Source of the DNA: Pavona decussata
Lineage: Eukaryota
Reading direction: 5' to 3'
Assembly: GCA_977016875.1 (NCBI GenBank)
Contig: CDRNST010000090.1
Location: forward strand, 310,001-374,000
Length of the DNA stretch: 64,000 nt
Each line of letters starts with the position of its first letter. The stretch's first letter is position 1. This document shows positions 12,137 through 25,400 of the stretch, one piece after another. A program made the translations under genes and the position numbers. The notes beneath the pieces are model-generated. The model had not been told where the DNA came from. It saw only the letters and a program-made list of their open reading frames with translations, and made no database searches.

Positions 12137-13918
12137 CTACTGGTTTTTCTTGAGGACTGCAAGGAGCAATTGGTTTGTCTGCTGTTGTTGAGTGGCAAGC
12201 GTCATCTGGAACTGCTGTGTTTGCTGCTGTTGCAGTTTTTGTTGCTGGAGGAGCATTTGCATCATTTCACTATGCTGTTGTTCCATCTATTGCTGCCTTT
12301 GCAAGTTTCCCTCAACCTGCTTTGTTAGCAAGTCAAGCTCCTTTTCTTTTGTTTTACTTTCCATTTCGCATCCGTTGGATCTGCTCCGTTTGGGTTGTGT
12401 GTGGCCTTCTTCTCCGCTAAGCCTCTTTTTGGTTTGCGCCAGGCTTTCCATTGCCTTTAGGCGCACATCTTGTGCCTGCTACTTTTCCTTTGCTGCTTTT
12501 TGTTTAGCTTCTTCATCTTTTGCCAGGCTACTATTGGCAGCATCCTCCATCTTTTCCGTAATTGTCTGCTTGCTCTTCTGCCCGCATTTTCTTTTTGTAC
12601 TTTTCAACCAAACACAAAAGATGCTCTCTTACTGACCTCTTGTCAACTTTAAATTTAGGAATTACATAATCATTGAGATGGTCTGCAACATTTTGCCATA
12701 ACTGTGCTCTTTGCGCAGTTCTTTCCTTGGCTAAATATGGCTCAACATACAAAACTTCATGACAGAGAATTATGTCTTTTTCCCCAGACCACTCTATCTT
12801 TGTCCTGCCAAAAGCAAAAATAAATGCTGCAGTTGAGTGATGGATGGTTTGGCTCTTGGTTTACCCAGGGAAGACCACTACCTTTTGTTATTAGCTATTT
12901 GCCTTGTCATATTAATGGTGAATGGGGAATTGTAAGCTCTTGTCTAGCTCCCAAACTAAGTCATAAACTTAAATATCTCATATATCATATCAGATTTCCC
13001 CAGGACACCAATGAAAAAAATAATCCTGATGGATAGAAGGGTAGGGGGCAAGCCTGGCTTGTAACATATGGTTTGCCCCCTTTCATGTTTCCACTGTAGT
13101 CCCCCTCCCTCCTTTTTGAGTTTGCTTCACCAGTTCAATCAAGTTTTCCTCGAAAAGAGACATTCTTAAGAGGCATGAAAAATGTCACGAAATCTCTAGT
13201 TCACAGATGAGTACACGAAGATTAAAAACTAGCAGGTTGAATGTTCGCAAAAAGATTTCTTGCAGCTTCTGTTAAAAAAATGAATATCATGAATAAGATA
13301 ATTAAAATTCCTTAAGCATTCTGAACTCACAGACTTTTTCAAAACCACGAGCCGGGAATATTAAACCATAAACAGCGATTACTGTCAGATACCTGAGTTG
13401 ACACTTCTCATAGGTTTTTTTTTCTCTACAGTTCACATTGTTCATATTCTTTTGTACTGAAAATAGATTTGCAGGTGATGGAGTTGTTAACGGGCGACGA
13501 ATATTGCTTGCCGTCTGCACAAAATAACATAGCTGAATTGAGAAAAGCAGTGTTTATAAACATGTGTACTCTAGACCGCCAAAAGTTTCTTGTAAAGAAC
13601 ATAAAGAAAGGTCATTATTTCACCCATAAAAAGACTCAAATTCAAGGAACAGTAAAAATATGGTATAACTTTTTGGTGGTAAGGCGATGGAGTTATTTGT
13701 CTGCCGTCCGTGCAAAATTGTGAAAACCCCTAGTTGAAAAGCTGAAATGGAAAATATGGTGTTACATTTGCAATCTAGAGCGCTGGAAGTTTATCGTAAA
13801 GAAAACGAAGCAAGCTCATTATTTCATCCAAGAAACCACCCAGATAGAAAAAAACAATAAAAAGTTTCATTACTTACAGATTCCTTGAAACGTTCACGGC
13901 GTTAGGCGTCTCAGCCAT
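12137..13918 (-). pseudogene. Harbinger-associated Myb/SANT(trihelix)-like DNA-binding protein, two exons, decayed
   Basis: Exon 1 runs from ATG 13918 to a GT donor after 13878. It splices in phase to the acceptor at 12805, giving WSGEKDIILCHEVLYVEPY...LWQNVADHLN...FKVDKRSVREHL, then a coiled coil and a Gln-rich tail. Frameshifted downstream. Confidence 0.7.
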
Positions 13919-14040
13919 CTGTTGAAAGTTCACGCTCTTGTCCAAACGCCGGCAATGCCAATCTCATGTCCTCGACAATGATTTGGCTACGGGGACGCAC
14001 AATCCTGCGCACGCGCATTAATTGAAAAATGTGAATGAAC

Positions 14041-14090
14041 ACTTCCGGTCAACGTCCCGGACGTCAACGTTCTCGTTGCTAAAGGTCTCT
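14041..14090 (-). mobile_element. Probable PIF/Harbinger terminus
   Basis: The minus strand reads AGAGACCTTTAGCAACGAGAACG..., just upstream of the Myb-like gene. It cuts the neighbouring integrase ORF exactly here. The partner end was not found. Confidence 0.5.
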
Positions 14091-15420
14091 ATAGCAGGGC
14101 ATCGAAAAATGACTTTATCACCCTTCTTAAATTCTTGCTCCCTGGCTTTGCGCATAACCGTTTGTGGTTTTTGTGGATAGTGTGCTCCGTGGCCTCCAAG
14201 ACATCCAGCCTTGTTAATCGGTTGCTTTCACTCAGGCTAGAGAGAAACTTGGAGATGTTTTCAGTTTCAAAGTCATTTCCAGCAACCCCAGTTGAAGCAC
14301 CTTCAGGATAATCACTTTCTTCAATGAAATCAAGAGTTTCTGGCAATAACGCAGATGGTGAAAGGTGTTCTTGCAGTACCCTCTTGATAACTGGTACAGA
14401 AAGTTCAGTGGAAGTGCCAAAAGATGATGATAATATTCTCTCTTCTGAAACTTTAATAGCTTCTGCCAATTCTTCGATTTGTGATAGCTCAATGCATTCT
14501 TGTCCATTATTACTGAACTCTATCATATCGACATCATGAAATTCATAGTCATCTAAGCATCCTTCCCCAACACCATCCAGCCACAAATCATCATCTGGAA
14601 TGACATGGCTTGAAAGCTGCAAAGGCTCTCGGTTTTTACAGATTCTAAACGGGACATCATTGATGGAGCTGTGCCACTTGTTATTTAGTAAATCAGCAAT
14701 AGCTGAGAGGAGTACTGGCCACACATTGGCTTGAAGCTCTCTTGGAAGGCGTTGGAGAAATCTTGCCATGAGCTTCTTAACTTGTTTTTTGAGGTTTTCA
14801 ATCTGCCCTTGAGACTGGGGATGATGTGGCCTTTCATGCACAATCTTCACCTGGAAATCCCCAGAGTTTTTTCACAACTTCAGCAATGAACTCCCCGCCA
14901 TTATCTGTCTGAAGGACTTCTGGAGCTCCTTCTTTAATGAACAGGGCCTTTAAGATGGAATGGACTTCTTCAGCTGACTTACTTTTTAAAGGAAACAGCC
15001 AACGAAATTTCGAAAAACAACACTTCACAGTGAGGACGTATCGATAACCCCATCGATTACCCTGCATGAAACCTCGGTGCTTCTTTGGGGCCATGTCAAT
15101 CAGATCACATTGTAGCCTTGAATGAGGGTGGTAGGAATGTATGGCGGTGGAAGGCTGAAGGTAGGTCATTGGCAAAGGATTGTTCACTTGGCAAGAACAA
15201 CCATTAAAACTGCTACAACTGCCTTCTGCCAAAGAAGTGGAAGACACAAACAGATTTAATTTTATATGAAAATTAAATGTACAGTACCAGATAGAAGAAA
15301 CATAACCTGTTTTGCATTCTCTAAGCGTTCCTTAAGTGTTCCCAAGCTTTCCAGTTTAAAATGGAATGCACAAACGACTGTACAAATGTACAATACGAGA
15401 CCACGGATTGTAAATTTATA
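14091..15420 (-). pseudogene. Retroviral-type integrase (rve) of a Ginger/GIN-like DNA transposon, fragment
   Basis: RLQCDLIDM...SKFRWLFPLKSK...LQTDNGGEF...RPHHPQSQGQIE gives the D,D(35)E core. Frameshift near 14845, probable intron upstream of ~15225, and no RT or gag nearby. Confidence 0.75.
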
Positions 15421-15759
15421 TCAACTCACAAAGAATGTTTGCCAAATAGCCAATAAAATTAGGGAATGGGACAACGTAAATTAGTCCAGATAAGTATTAT
15501 GTCTTTCCCCATTCATGTTTTAAACAAGCGGGTAGTCTTAAAGACAAATCACGGACAGGGCGAAATAAAAAATGCCATCCAACATTTTCATATAGCATCA
15601 ATGAAGAGAGACGAGGAAACAATAAATTTTCTTCGATTGAACTCTCCTTTTTCTACTTGCATGTTGAAACATAGAAGTGCCCCCTGAATTGTCAGGTGAG
15701 TACTGTAAGAAAGGAATCATGCTGGACCTAGAGTGGGACAAAATATTGGAAATCTATTG

Positions 15760-16230
15760 CTGTTTACTTACTCGTTAAGAGATATGCAGACTCTTCTTCT
15801 CCCGATGCAAAATGATGGAACGGTTGATGATAAAGAATTCATATCACTGTATCAGCAATATTTTTCGAGAAACCCAGATTTTCCATACCCAGTTACCCTG
15901 ATCTTGACCTTGAAGAAATTGATGAATCTGAGTGCTTTGCTGAATTCAGATTTAGATAAAGGGATATAGTGGCCCTTTCGGACGTCCTTCAAATTCTTGC
16001 TATCATTGATTGCGAACAACGGTAACTATTAAACAAGCAACATTGGTAGCGTTTTGTTCAATCCCCTCTTTCAAGAACTGAAGAAATGAAAAGGATTACT
16101 TATTTATTTGTATTTGTCAAATATGAGCTTATCTATATTGAGAATAAGAAATTGTTGTTCTTGTTTAGATCTATCTGTGACAGTGTTGAGGGTCTCTATA
16201 TTCTTTTAAGGCGGTTGTCCTATCCACGTA
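15760..16230 (+). pseudogene. Harbinger (HARBI1-like) transposase N-terminal remnant
   Basis: Reconstructed as ...DLEEIDESECFAEFRFR...CEQR|SICDSVEGLYILLRRLSYP across a GT-AG intron at ~16022-16168. Stops and frameshifts are present and the DDE core is absent. Confidence 0.6.
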
Positions 16231-16932
16231 CATATGTAGATATCAGGAGTACCCAACGACTCTTTCATAGAAAATTAATTGTACGATACACTTAACACCA
16301 GCTGAGTGTCCCCACGTCAATCTTGGTTAATATTTAACAATCCTGGGAAAAAAATACCCGCCCTTCACTGCCAGCGAGCAGGACTATTAAGAAATAAAAA
16401 TCCCAGCCAGCCATATCAATGGTGTCCATCAACGAGCCAGCAAAGATTAAAATAGCAGAAGGTAGACAATGCCAGCCAGGATAGAAAAAAAAATTTCTAG
16501 TTTGCCAGCAAGTAATTGCGTACACCAGTTTTTTGCCAGCCAGAGACATTTTGAGTAAAAATTTGCTAAAAAGACGTTTTTGACATCAATTCCACGTCGA
16601 GTGGTAACTTTTTTAGCTACATTCAATTACAGACCAAAACTTCACCAGATTAAAGTTTTTTTTCCCTTAATTGTTACTCTTTACTCTGAGAGTCCGAAAA
16701 CAATAAACAAAGGAAAAACAAGAAGGTAAGATTCATACTCAAAGTTTTACGGCTATCCAGCTCCCTGCTGCACACTGCATTGATTCTTTAACTCCCCCAG
16801 ACATGTCAGGTACTAATAGTTTCCAAAGACACCAAGAATCCTTTAATCAGCAATCTCGGAGTAAGGTCTTGCATTTTTTCCTCTTTTATATTGACAGCTG
16901 ACATTCACTGCGGGATATAGGCTTTGCTTAAC

Positions 16933-18033
16933 CACAGTAACAACATTCACTCGAGCCATAAAACCATCTTTGTTATGATGCAAGTCATCAGGACTAGGCG
17001 ATCTCTTCGTTAACTAGCAGAAAGTTTACTGCTTGTTGTTGTCCTTGTCATTTGTTTGTTTGTATATATCAAGGTATTGCACTAAAACAAGCGTGGTATT
17101 AACATTTCATTAAAAAAAAAAACAGTGAAAAAGCAGGGCAATGTTGCACAGTCATTTAATCAGCCAGGTGAAACGAAACGATGAAGTAATAACATGCAAT
17201 GGATGCACAGTCATTTAATTAGCTAGGTGAAACAAAACGATGAAGTAATAACATGCAATGGATACACAGTCATTTAATCAGCCAGTTAAAACGAAACCAT
17301 TAAGGAGTCCGAGCAATGGATGCACAGTCTTTTCAACAGCCAGTTGAAACGAAACGATGAGTCACATCTTTAACTAGCCAGGTGAAGCGAATTGATAAAG
17401 TAATCAGATGCAATGGAAGCACATACACTCTTTTAATCAGCCAGTTGAAACAAAATGATAAAGGAATCAAACTCAACGGCATGCACAGTCATTCGATTAG
17501 CCAGTTGGAACGAAACAATGAACAAATCATATCCCGTGGATGCACAGTCGTTTAATCACCCAGGTAAAACGAAACGATGAAGAAATCAAATGCAATGAAT
17601 GAACTGCAGTCATTTAATCAGCCAGGTGAAACGAAGGAATAAAGGAGTCATATGCCATGGAACCAAAGTCATTTAATCAGCCAGTTGAAACAAAACGATG
17701 AAGAAATCAAATAAAATGGATGCACAGTCATTTAATCAGCCAGTTGAAACGAAACGATGAAGAAATCAAATGGAATGGATGCACAGTCATTTAATCAGCC
17801 AGTTGAAACGAAACGATGAAGAAATCAAATGCAATAGATGCACAGTAACAACGTTCACTCGAGCCATAAAACCATCTTTGCATCTTTGATGCAAGTCATC
17901 AGGACTAGGCGATCTCTTCGTTAACTAGCCGAAAGTTTACTGCTTGTTGTTGTCCTTGTCATTTGTTTGTTGGTATATATCAAGGTATTGTACTAAAACA
18001 AGCGTGGTATTAACATTACATAAAAAAAAAAAA
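16933..18033. repeat. Direct duplication of a ~190-bp unique segment (16933-17122 and 17841-18033)
   Basis: cacagtaacaac..ttcactcgagccataaaaccatc...gcgtggtattaacatt..poly-A appears twice, 908 bp apart. Confidence 0.9.
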
Positions 18034-21000
18034 GGTGAAACGAAACGATGAACAAATAAAATGCAATGAATGCACAGTCATTTAATCTCCAACCAGGTGA
18101 AAGGAAATGATGAAGGAATCATATGCCATGGATGCAAAAACATTTAATCAGTCAGTTGAAACTAAACGATGAAGGAATCATATGCAAACGATGCACAGTC
18201 ATTTAATCAGGCAGGTGAACCGGAACAATGAAGAAATCAAATGCAATGGATGCAAAGTCATGTAATCAGCCAAGTGAAATTAAAACCAAATGGTGAAGGA
18301 ATCATATGCCATGGATGCCAAGTCACTTAATCAGCCAGTTGAAACGAAACGATGAAGGAATCATATCCCATAGATGCACAGTCATTTTATCAGCCAGTTC
18401 AAAGGAAACGATGAAGGAATCATATGCCATATATGCACAGTCATTTAATCAGCCAGTTGAAAGGAAACGATGAAGGAATCATATGCCATATATGCACAGT
18501 CATTTAATCAGCCAGTTGAAAGGAAACGATGAAGGAATCATATGCCATGGATGCACAGTCAATTAATCAGCCAGTTGAAAGGAACCGATGAAGGAATCAT
18601 ATACCATGGATGCAAAGTCATTTAATCAACCAGTTGAAATGAAACGATGAAGGAATTATATGCCATGGATGCAAAGTCATTTATTCAGCCAGTTGAAATG
18701 AAACGATGAAGGAATTATACGCCATGGATGCAAAGTCATGTAATCAGCCAGTTGAAAGGAAACGATGAAGAAATCATATGCCATGGATGCAAAGTCATTT
18801 AATCAGCCAAGCGAAAGGAAACGATGAAGGAGTCATATCCCATGCATGCACAGTCATTTAATCAGCCAGTCCAAAAAAAAAAATGAAGGAATTATATGCC
18901 ATGGATGCAAAGTCATTTAATCAGCCAGTTAAAACGAAACGATGAAAGAATCATATGCCATAGATGCACAGTCATTTAATCAGCCAGTTGAAAGGAAACG
19001 ATGAAGGAATCATATGCCATGGATGCACAGTCATTTAATCAGCCAAATGAAAGGAAACGATGAAGGAATAATATGCCATGGATGCAAAGTCATTTAATCA
19101 GCCAAGTGAAAGGAAACGATGAAGGAATCATATGCCATGGACGCACAGTCATTTAATCAGCCAGTCGAAATGAAGCTATGAAGGAACTGTATGCCATGGA
19201 TGCACAATCATTTAATCAGCCAGTTAAAACAAAGCGATGAAGGAATCATATGCCATGGATGCACAATCATTTAATCAGCCAGTTGAAAGGAAACGATGAA
19301 GGAATCATATGCCATGGATGCACAGTCATTTAATCAGGCAGTTGAAAGGAAACGATGAAGGAATCATATGCCATGGATGCAAAGTCGTTTAATCAACCAG
19401 GTGAAAGGAAACGATGAAGGAATCATATCCCATGGATGCACAGTCATTTAATCAGCCAGTTGAAATGAAACGATCAAGGAATCATATGCCATGGATGCAA
19501 AGTCATTTAATCAGCCAGTTAAAAGAAAACAATGAAGGAATCATATGCCATGGATCCAAAGTCATTTTATCAGCCAGTTAAAAAGAAACGATGAAGGAAT
19601 TCAATGCCATGGATGCACAGTCATTTAATTAGCCAAGTGAAAGGAAACGATGAAGGAATCATATGCCATGGATGCAAAGTTATTTAATCAGCCAGGCGAA
19701 AGAAAACGATCAAGGAATAATATGCCATGGATGCAAAGTCATTTAATCAGCCAAGTGAAAGGAAACGATGAAGGAATCATATGCCATGGACGCACAGTCA
19801 TTTAATCAGCCAGTCGAAATGAAGCTATGAAGGAACTGTATGCCATGGATGCACAATCATTTAATCAGCCAGTTAAAACAAAGCGATGAAGGAATCATAT
19901 GCCATGGATGCACAATCATTTAATCAGCCAGTTGAAAGGAAACGATGAAGGAATCATATGCCATGGATGCACAGTCATTTAATCAGGCAGTTGAAAGGAA
20001 ACGATGAAGGAATCATATGCCATGGATGCAAAGTCGTTTAATCAACCAGGTGAAAGGAAACGATGAAGGAATCATATCCCATGGATGCACAGTCATTTAA
20101 TCAGCCAGTTGAAATGAAACGATCAAGGAATCATATGCCATGGATGCAAAGTCATTTAATCAGCCAGTTGAAAGAAAACAATGAAGGAATCATATGCCAT
20201 GGATCCAAAGTCATTTTATCAGCCAGTTAAAAAGAAACGATGAAGGAATTCAATGCCATGGATGCACAGTCATTTAATTAGCCAAGTGAAAGGAAACGAT
20301 GAAGGAATCATATGCCATGGATGCAAAGTTATTTAATCAGCCAGGCGAAAGAAAACGATCAAGGAATCATATGCCATGGATGCAAAGTCATTTCATCACC
20401 CAGTTGAAAGAATCATATGCCATGGATGCACAGTCATTTAATCAGCCAAGTGAAAGGAAACGATGAAAGAATCATATGCCATGGATGCACAGTCATTTAA
20501 TCAGCCAAGTGAAAGGAAACGATGAAGGAATCATATGCCATGGATTTAAAGTCATTTAATCCACCAGGTGAAACGAAACGATGAAGGAATCATATGCCAT
20601 GGATGCAAAGTCATTTAATCCGCCAGGTGAAACAAAACGATGAAGGAATCAGATGCCATGGATGCACAGTCATTTAATCAGCCAGTTGAAAGGAAATGAT
20701 GAAGGAATCATATGCCATGGATGCAAAGTTATTGAATCAGCCAGGTGAAAGGAAATGATGAAGGAATTATATGCCATGGATGCAAAGACATGTAATCAGC
20801 CAGTTGAAACGAAACGGTAAAGGAATCATATGCCATGGATGCAAAGTCATTTAATCAGCCAGGTGGAACTAAACGATGAAGGAATCATATGCCATAGATG
20901 CACAGTCATTTAATCGGCCAGGTGAAACAAAACGATGAAAGAATCATATGCCATGGATGCAGTCATTTAATCAGCCAGGTGAAACGAAACGATGACGGAA

Positions 21001-22343
21001 TCATATGCCATGGATGCAAAGACATGTAATCAGCTAGTTCAAAACGAAACCATGAAGGAATTATATGCCATGGATGTACAGACATTTAATCAGCCAGGTG
21101 AAAGGAAACGATGAAGGAATCATATGCCATGGATGCACAGTCATGTAATCAGCCAGGTGAAACGAAACGATGAAGGAATCTTATGCCATGGATGCAAAGA
21201 CATGTAATCAGGCAGTTGAAACGAAACGGTGAAGGAATCATATGCCATGGATGCAAAGTCATTTAATCAGCCAGTTGAAACGAAACGATGATGGAATCAT
21301 ATGCCATGGATGCACAGTCATGTAATCAGCCAGGTGAAACGAAACGGTGAAGGAATCATATGCCAGGGATGCAAAGACATGTAATCAGGCAGTTGAAACG
21401 AAACGGTGTCATTTAATCAGCCAGTTGAAACGAAACGATGAAGGAATCATATGCCTTGGATGCACAGTAATTTAATCAGCCAGTTGAAACGAAACGATGA
21501 AGGAATCATATGCCATGGATGCACAGTCATGTAATCAGCCAGTTAAAACGAAATGGTGAAGGAATCATATGCCATGGATGCACAGTCATTTAATCAGCCA
21601 GTTGAAACGAAACGGTGAAGGAATCATATGCCATGAATGCAAAGACATGTAATCAGCCAGTTGAAACGAAACGGTGAAGGAGTCGTATGCCATGGATGCA
21701 CAGACATTTAATCAGCCAGGTGAAACGAAACGATGAAGGAATCATATGGCATGGATGCAAAGTCATTTAATCAGCCAGGTGAAAGGAAACAATGAAGGAA
21801 TCATATGCCATGGATGCACAGTCATGTAATCAGCCAGGTGAAACGAAACGATGAAGGAATCTTATGCCATGGATGCAAAGACATGTAATCAGCCAGTTGA
21901 AACGAAACGGTGAAGGAGTCATATGCCATGGATGCACAAACATTTAATCAGCCAGGTGAAACGAAACGATGAAGGAATCATATGGCATGGATGCAAAGTC
22001 ATTTAATCACCCAGGTGAAAGGAAACGATGAAGGAGTAATATGCCATGGATGCACAGTCATGTAATCAGCCAGGTGAAATGAAACGATGAAGGAATCATA
22101 TGGCATGGATGCAAAGTCATTTAATCACCCAGGTGAAAGGAAACGATGAAGGAGTCATATGCCATGGATGCACAGTCATGTAATCAGCCAGGTGAAATGA
22201 AACGATGAAGGAATCTTTTGCCATGGATGCAAAGACATGTAATCAGCCAGTTGAAACGAAACAGTGAAGGAATCATATGCCATGGATGGAAATTCGTTTA
22301 ATCAGCCAGTTGAAACGAAACGATGAAGGAATCATATGCCATT
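17145..22343. repeat. 59-bp tandem satellite array (~80+ units)
   Basis: Consensus ATGCCATGGATGCACAGTCATTTAATCAGCCAGTTGAAAGGAAACGATGAAGGAATCAT. There are no spacers, and units are more degenerate at the left end. Confidence 0.97.
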
Positions 22344-22435
22344 GTGACGCTACAATGTAGAAATTTACACTAGATTGAGATCGGTTCTTGCTGCAACTAT
22401 ATGTGCTGTTTTTACGCCACTTTCTATCTTTCGTC

Positions 22436-25400
22436 TAAGTTCAGAATTTCTACCATCAGCTCTGCCCGCAAACGGGGTGCTTCTTCATAACTCCAACTAA
22501 GCCTATTGAGTATGCCATTGCAAATATCTCTGGCAGTCATATAACTGCTACCCCGCAATTACCACAGCCATGGTTTGATCTTGCAGAGTAGCTTAGCTGA
22601 TCTGGCATAGGGACTTTGAAACGTCTGATGTTTTTCCACAACAAAGGGTCATGTGCTGCAATACCAGTGGTTTTGTGAATGATCTTGAGAATTTCGTTGG
22701 AGTTGCTTTTCAGGTCTTCCGGTATTGGGCCATGGTAGCCATCATCAAAGTAAACAGTTTTTCCTGGTACAGAGAAAACTGCAAGTCCCCAGTGAGAATC
22801 GTTGATGTGCACGGGTAAAAGCATATTTTCCACCCTTTCCATATCACAAGTTAAGCTTAATCTTTGGACGACGTTGCTCGAAACTTTACCCATTGAGAGA
22901 AATGATGGGAGCAGAACCTTCGTACCAGTGTGCTCTCGTGCTGCATTTGCTTTATCGCAGTACTTCTGAATTAAGAAGTTTATGATGTCGTCATTCAAAT
23001 ACCTTTCCCCAACCAACAACGATAGATCCTGGGATGTCACTCGGTAATTTCCATTCGACGCAAGGAAGGTACCCTGTCTAGCAGGGCTTCAGTCACCTCT
23101 TGCTTAAATGTAACATTCCCGAAGGCATTTTTAAGCCACGTCTCCTCAAACTGAACCTCCCTCCTCAAACTTTTCATCTAATGAAACCTCCCTAAGACTC
23201 GGATACCTTCTCTGTCAAAGGTTCCGTAACATGGAAACTTGAAGGCAATTGCATGACTCTTTATCACTTTGTATTCTTCTTCTATCTCCCTAAGAACAGA
23301 TTGTGGTGGTATCCTCGTTACTGTGATGGGGTCTGTAATATTGCTCACTGTACTTGTAATTTTTTCATAAGCTCTTAGAGTTCCATCCACTTCAGGGTAA
23401 GGTGCTTGACTCAGCAATCGTCTTGGACTGGAAAAATTATCATTGAAACGTAGCAAGTCTGCCATGATGTTGCTACCCAATGTTACTTCTTTATCTATGG
23501 AAACGTATTCCACCTTTATCACATCAAAAGGGGCAGTGGTCTCTTCTTCTGAAATTCCACATGCTTTTGAAGATAATTGAGAAGAATTTGCCATTGTTGC
23601 TCGTTCTTCTTCAGACTTTACTCCCTTCATCTTGAATTCAACGCCCTCTTCACCACTTTTACAGACAACTGGGATGGGTTGGTTGCCATTGATATCATTT
23701 ATGGAGGGACTTGTGGTTATTTTTTCCTGTACGGTTTCTTGAACTAGCTTTGAAGTTTGAAGAGATGAACGTAACAATTTTCCCTTGTTTCTGCCTCTGC
23801 TAGAAGTTTTCCTCTTTTTCTTTAGCTCCACACTGCGATTATCCAAACAAACTGACTTTTTTCCACGCGCAGAAAAAGAATGTTTTGACACTTTGATCGT
23901 AATATCTTCAAGCCGCCTGCCCTTCCTCTTGGGCTTAGCGTTCTCCCCGTCACTCTCACTTGAAATTTGAAGAGCTTTCTTCTCCGAAACATTCGATATA
24001 AAAGGCAACCTTGATGAAGATGGAAGCACCTTTCCCTGGTCTTTGGATTTGTTGGTATGATCGTCTTGCCCTTTCTGTGAGTTTGGATGCTCTTGCACGG
24101 TTTTTTGTGATGTACATCGAGGTTTTTTGTTCATACCAGGCATCCCTGTTTTCGTCGTTTTTCCACGTTTGGTTTGATCTCCCTTTCCACTAATTTCTCT
24201 TTTTCTAGACACCCTACAGTGATTGGTTGCCACTCGCTTTGCCCTTTTGTTGTCTTCTATGACGTTTTCCGGGTCGAGGGTGTGCTTCCTTTTCCTCCCA
24301 AACTTTGAGGTAGACACAAATTGAATAGCTCTGTTAAAAAAGGACGCAGGGAGCCACATGTCGTCTTCTGACCCATAACCCTTGAAGCGAACTTTGTACT
24401 CATACGAAACTGCGTCTTTTGACAGCCGTCTATCAATTACATCCTCTACCTCATAGTATTCGTCCTCCTTCTCGGGGCTCGTGCAACACTGATTATCATC
24501 TTCAGTGACTAGATTATAGTCGTTGGCATTGTAGGGCAAAATTCCAAGCTTCAGAAGACTTTCCTTGGACGATGGATGTAAAGTGTATTTGCCACCCTTT
24601 CCTGGTAGTGGTTGTAGATCAACGTTTTCAATTATGCTGGATTTGGACTTCCAACTCGTTAGAAGTACATCTTCAGAGACGGCATAGACATCATCTTCTT
24701 TTTGAGAATACAGGGAGCAACGAATTCTTACTTGGGCCTTGCCCTTTAGTTGAAAACTAATGACTTCCGAGCCGTCCTTCGTGGATTCAATGGCTTCAAC
24801 TCTTCCAATCTTGTATTTGCTCTTACCATCTTGGGTGACCTTTAGTGCGATGCCGCAATACTTGAAGATATCATGCTTAGGGTCTACAGGTTCTTTTCCC
24901 GGAAGATATTTGGACGCCCAGTGTCTTCTCTGGCGACATCGGGAGATATATTCTCGTGGTAACAGAAGTTTTAAAGCCTGCTTTATGTTCTCATAGGTCA
25001 AACTTCCATTGGTACAACTACTGACCTTCCAGTTGCGTCCACCTACGTCAGCTAGTTCATTTTTACTTTCTTCCTCTATGATGTTTTCAGCTTGGTCTCC
25101 ATGTACCTCTCTTTCATCTTCACTGTTCAAGGTGATGTCTTTTTGTTCATCATTACTGTTAAATTCGTCTTCCTCTTTGGTACCACTACATTGAGATTCC
25201 AAGTTTTCTAAGGAGGTGTATTTGAACAATTTGTCCAACTTGTTGAAATCATTGGGAAGATGATCACTGACTACTTTGTATCCATGTGGCTTTGCAAACT
25301 TGTATGGCGTGTCCCAATTTCCAGTTTCCTTTAAAAGATTAACACATTGCTCGGGCATATATTAGGAGAAAAGGGTTTGCCCATGTTTGACCCCTTCCCT

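Noticed and set aside
17145-22343. CRISPR array
   Set aside because: The units are contiguous 59-bp repeats with no unique spacers, no cas genes are present, and the context is eukaryotic.
17145-22343. Tandem hammerhead ribozymes or RAG RSS-like signals in the satellite unit
   Set aside because: The minus strand has CTGATTA rather than CTGANGA and no GAAA partner. CACAGTC plus 12 bp is not followed by a credible ACAAAAACC nonamer.
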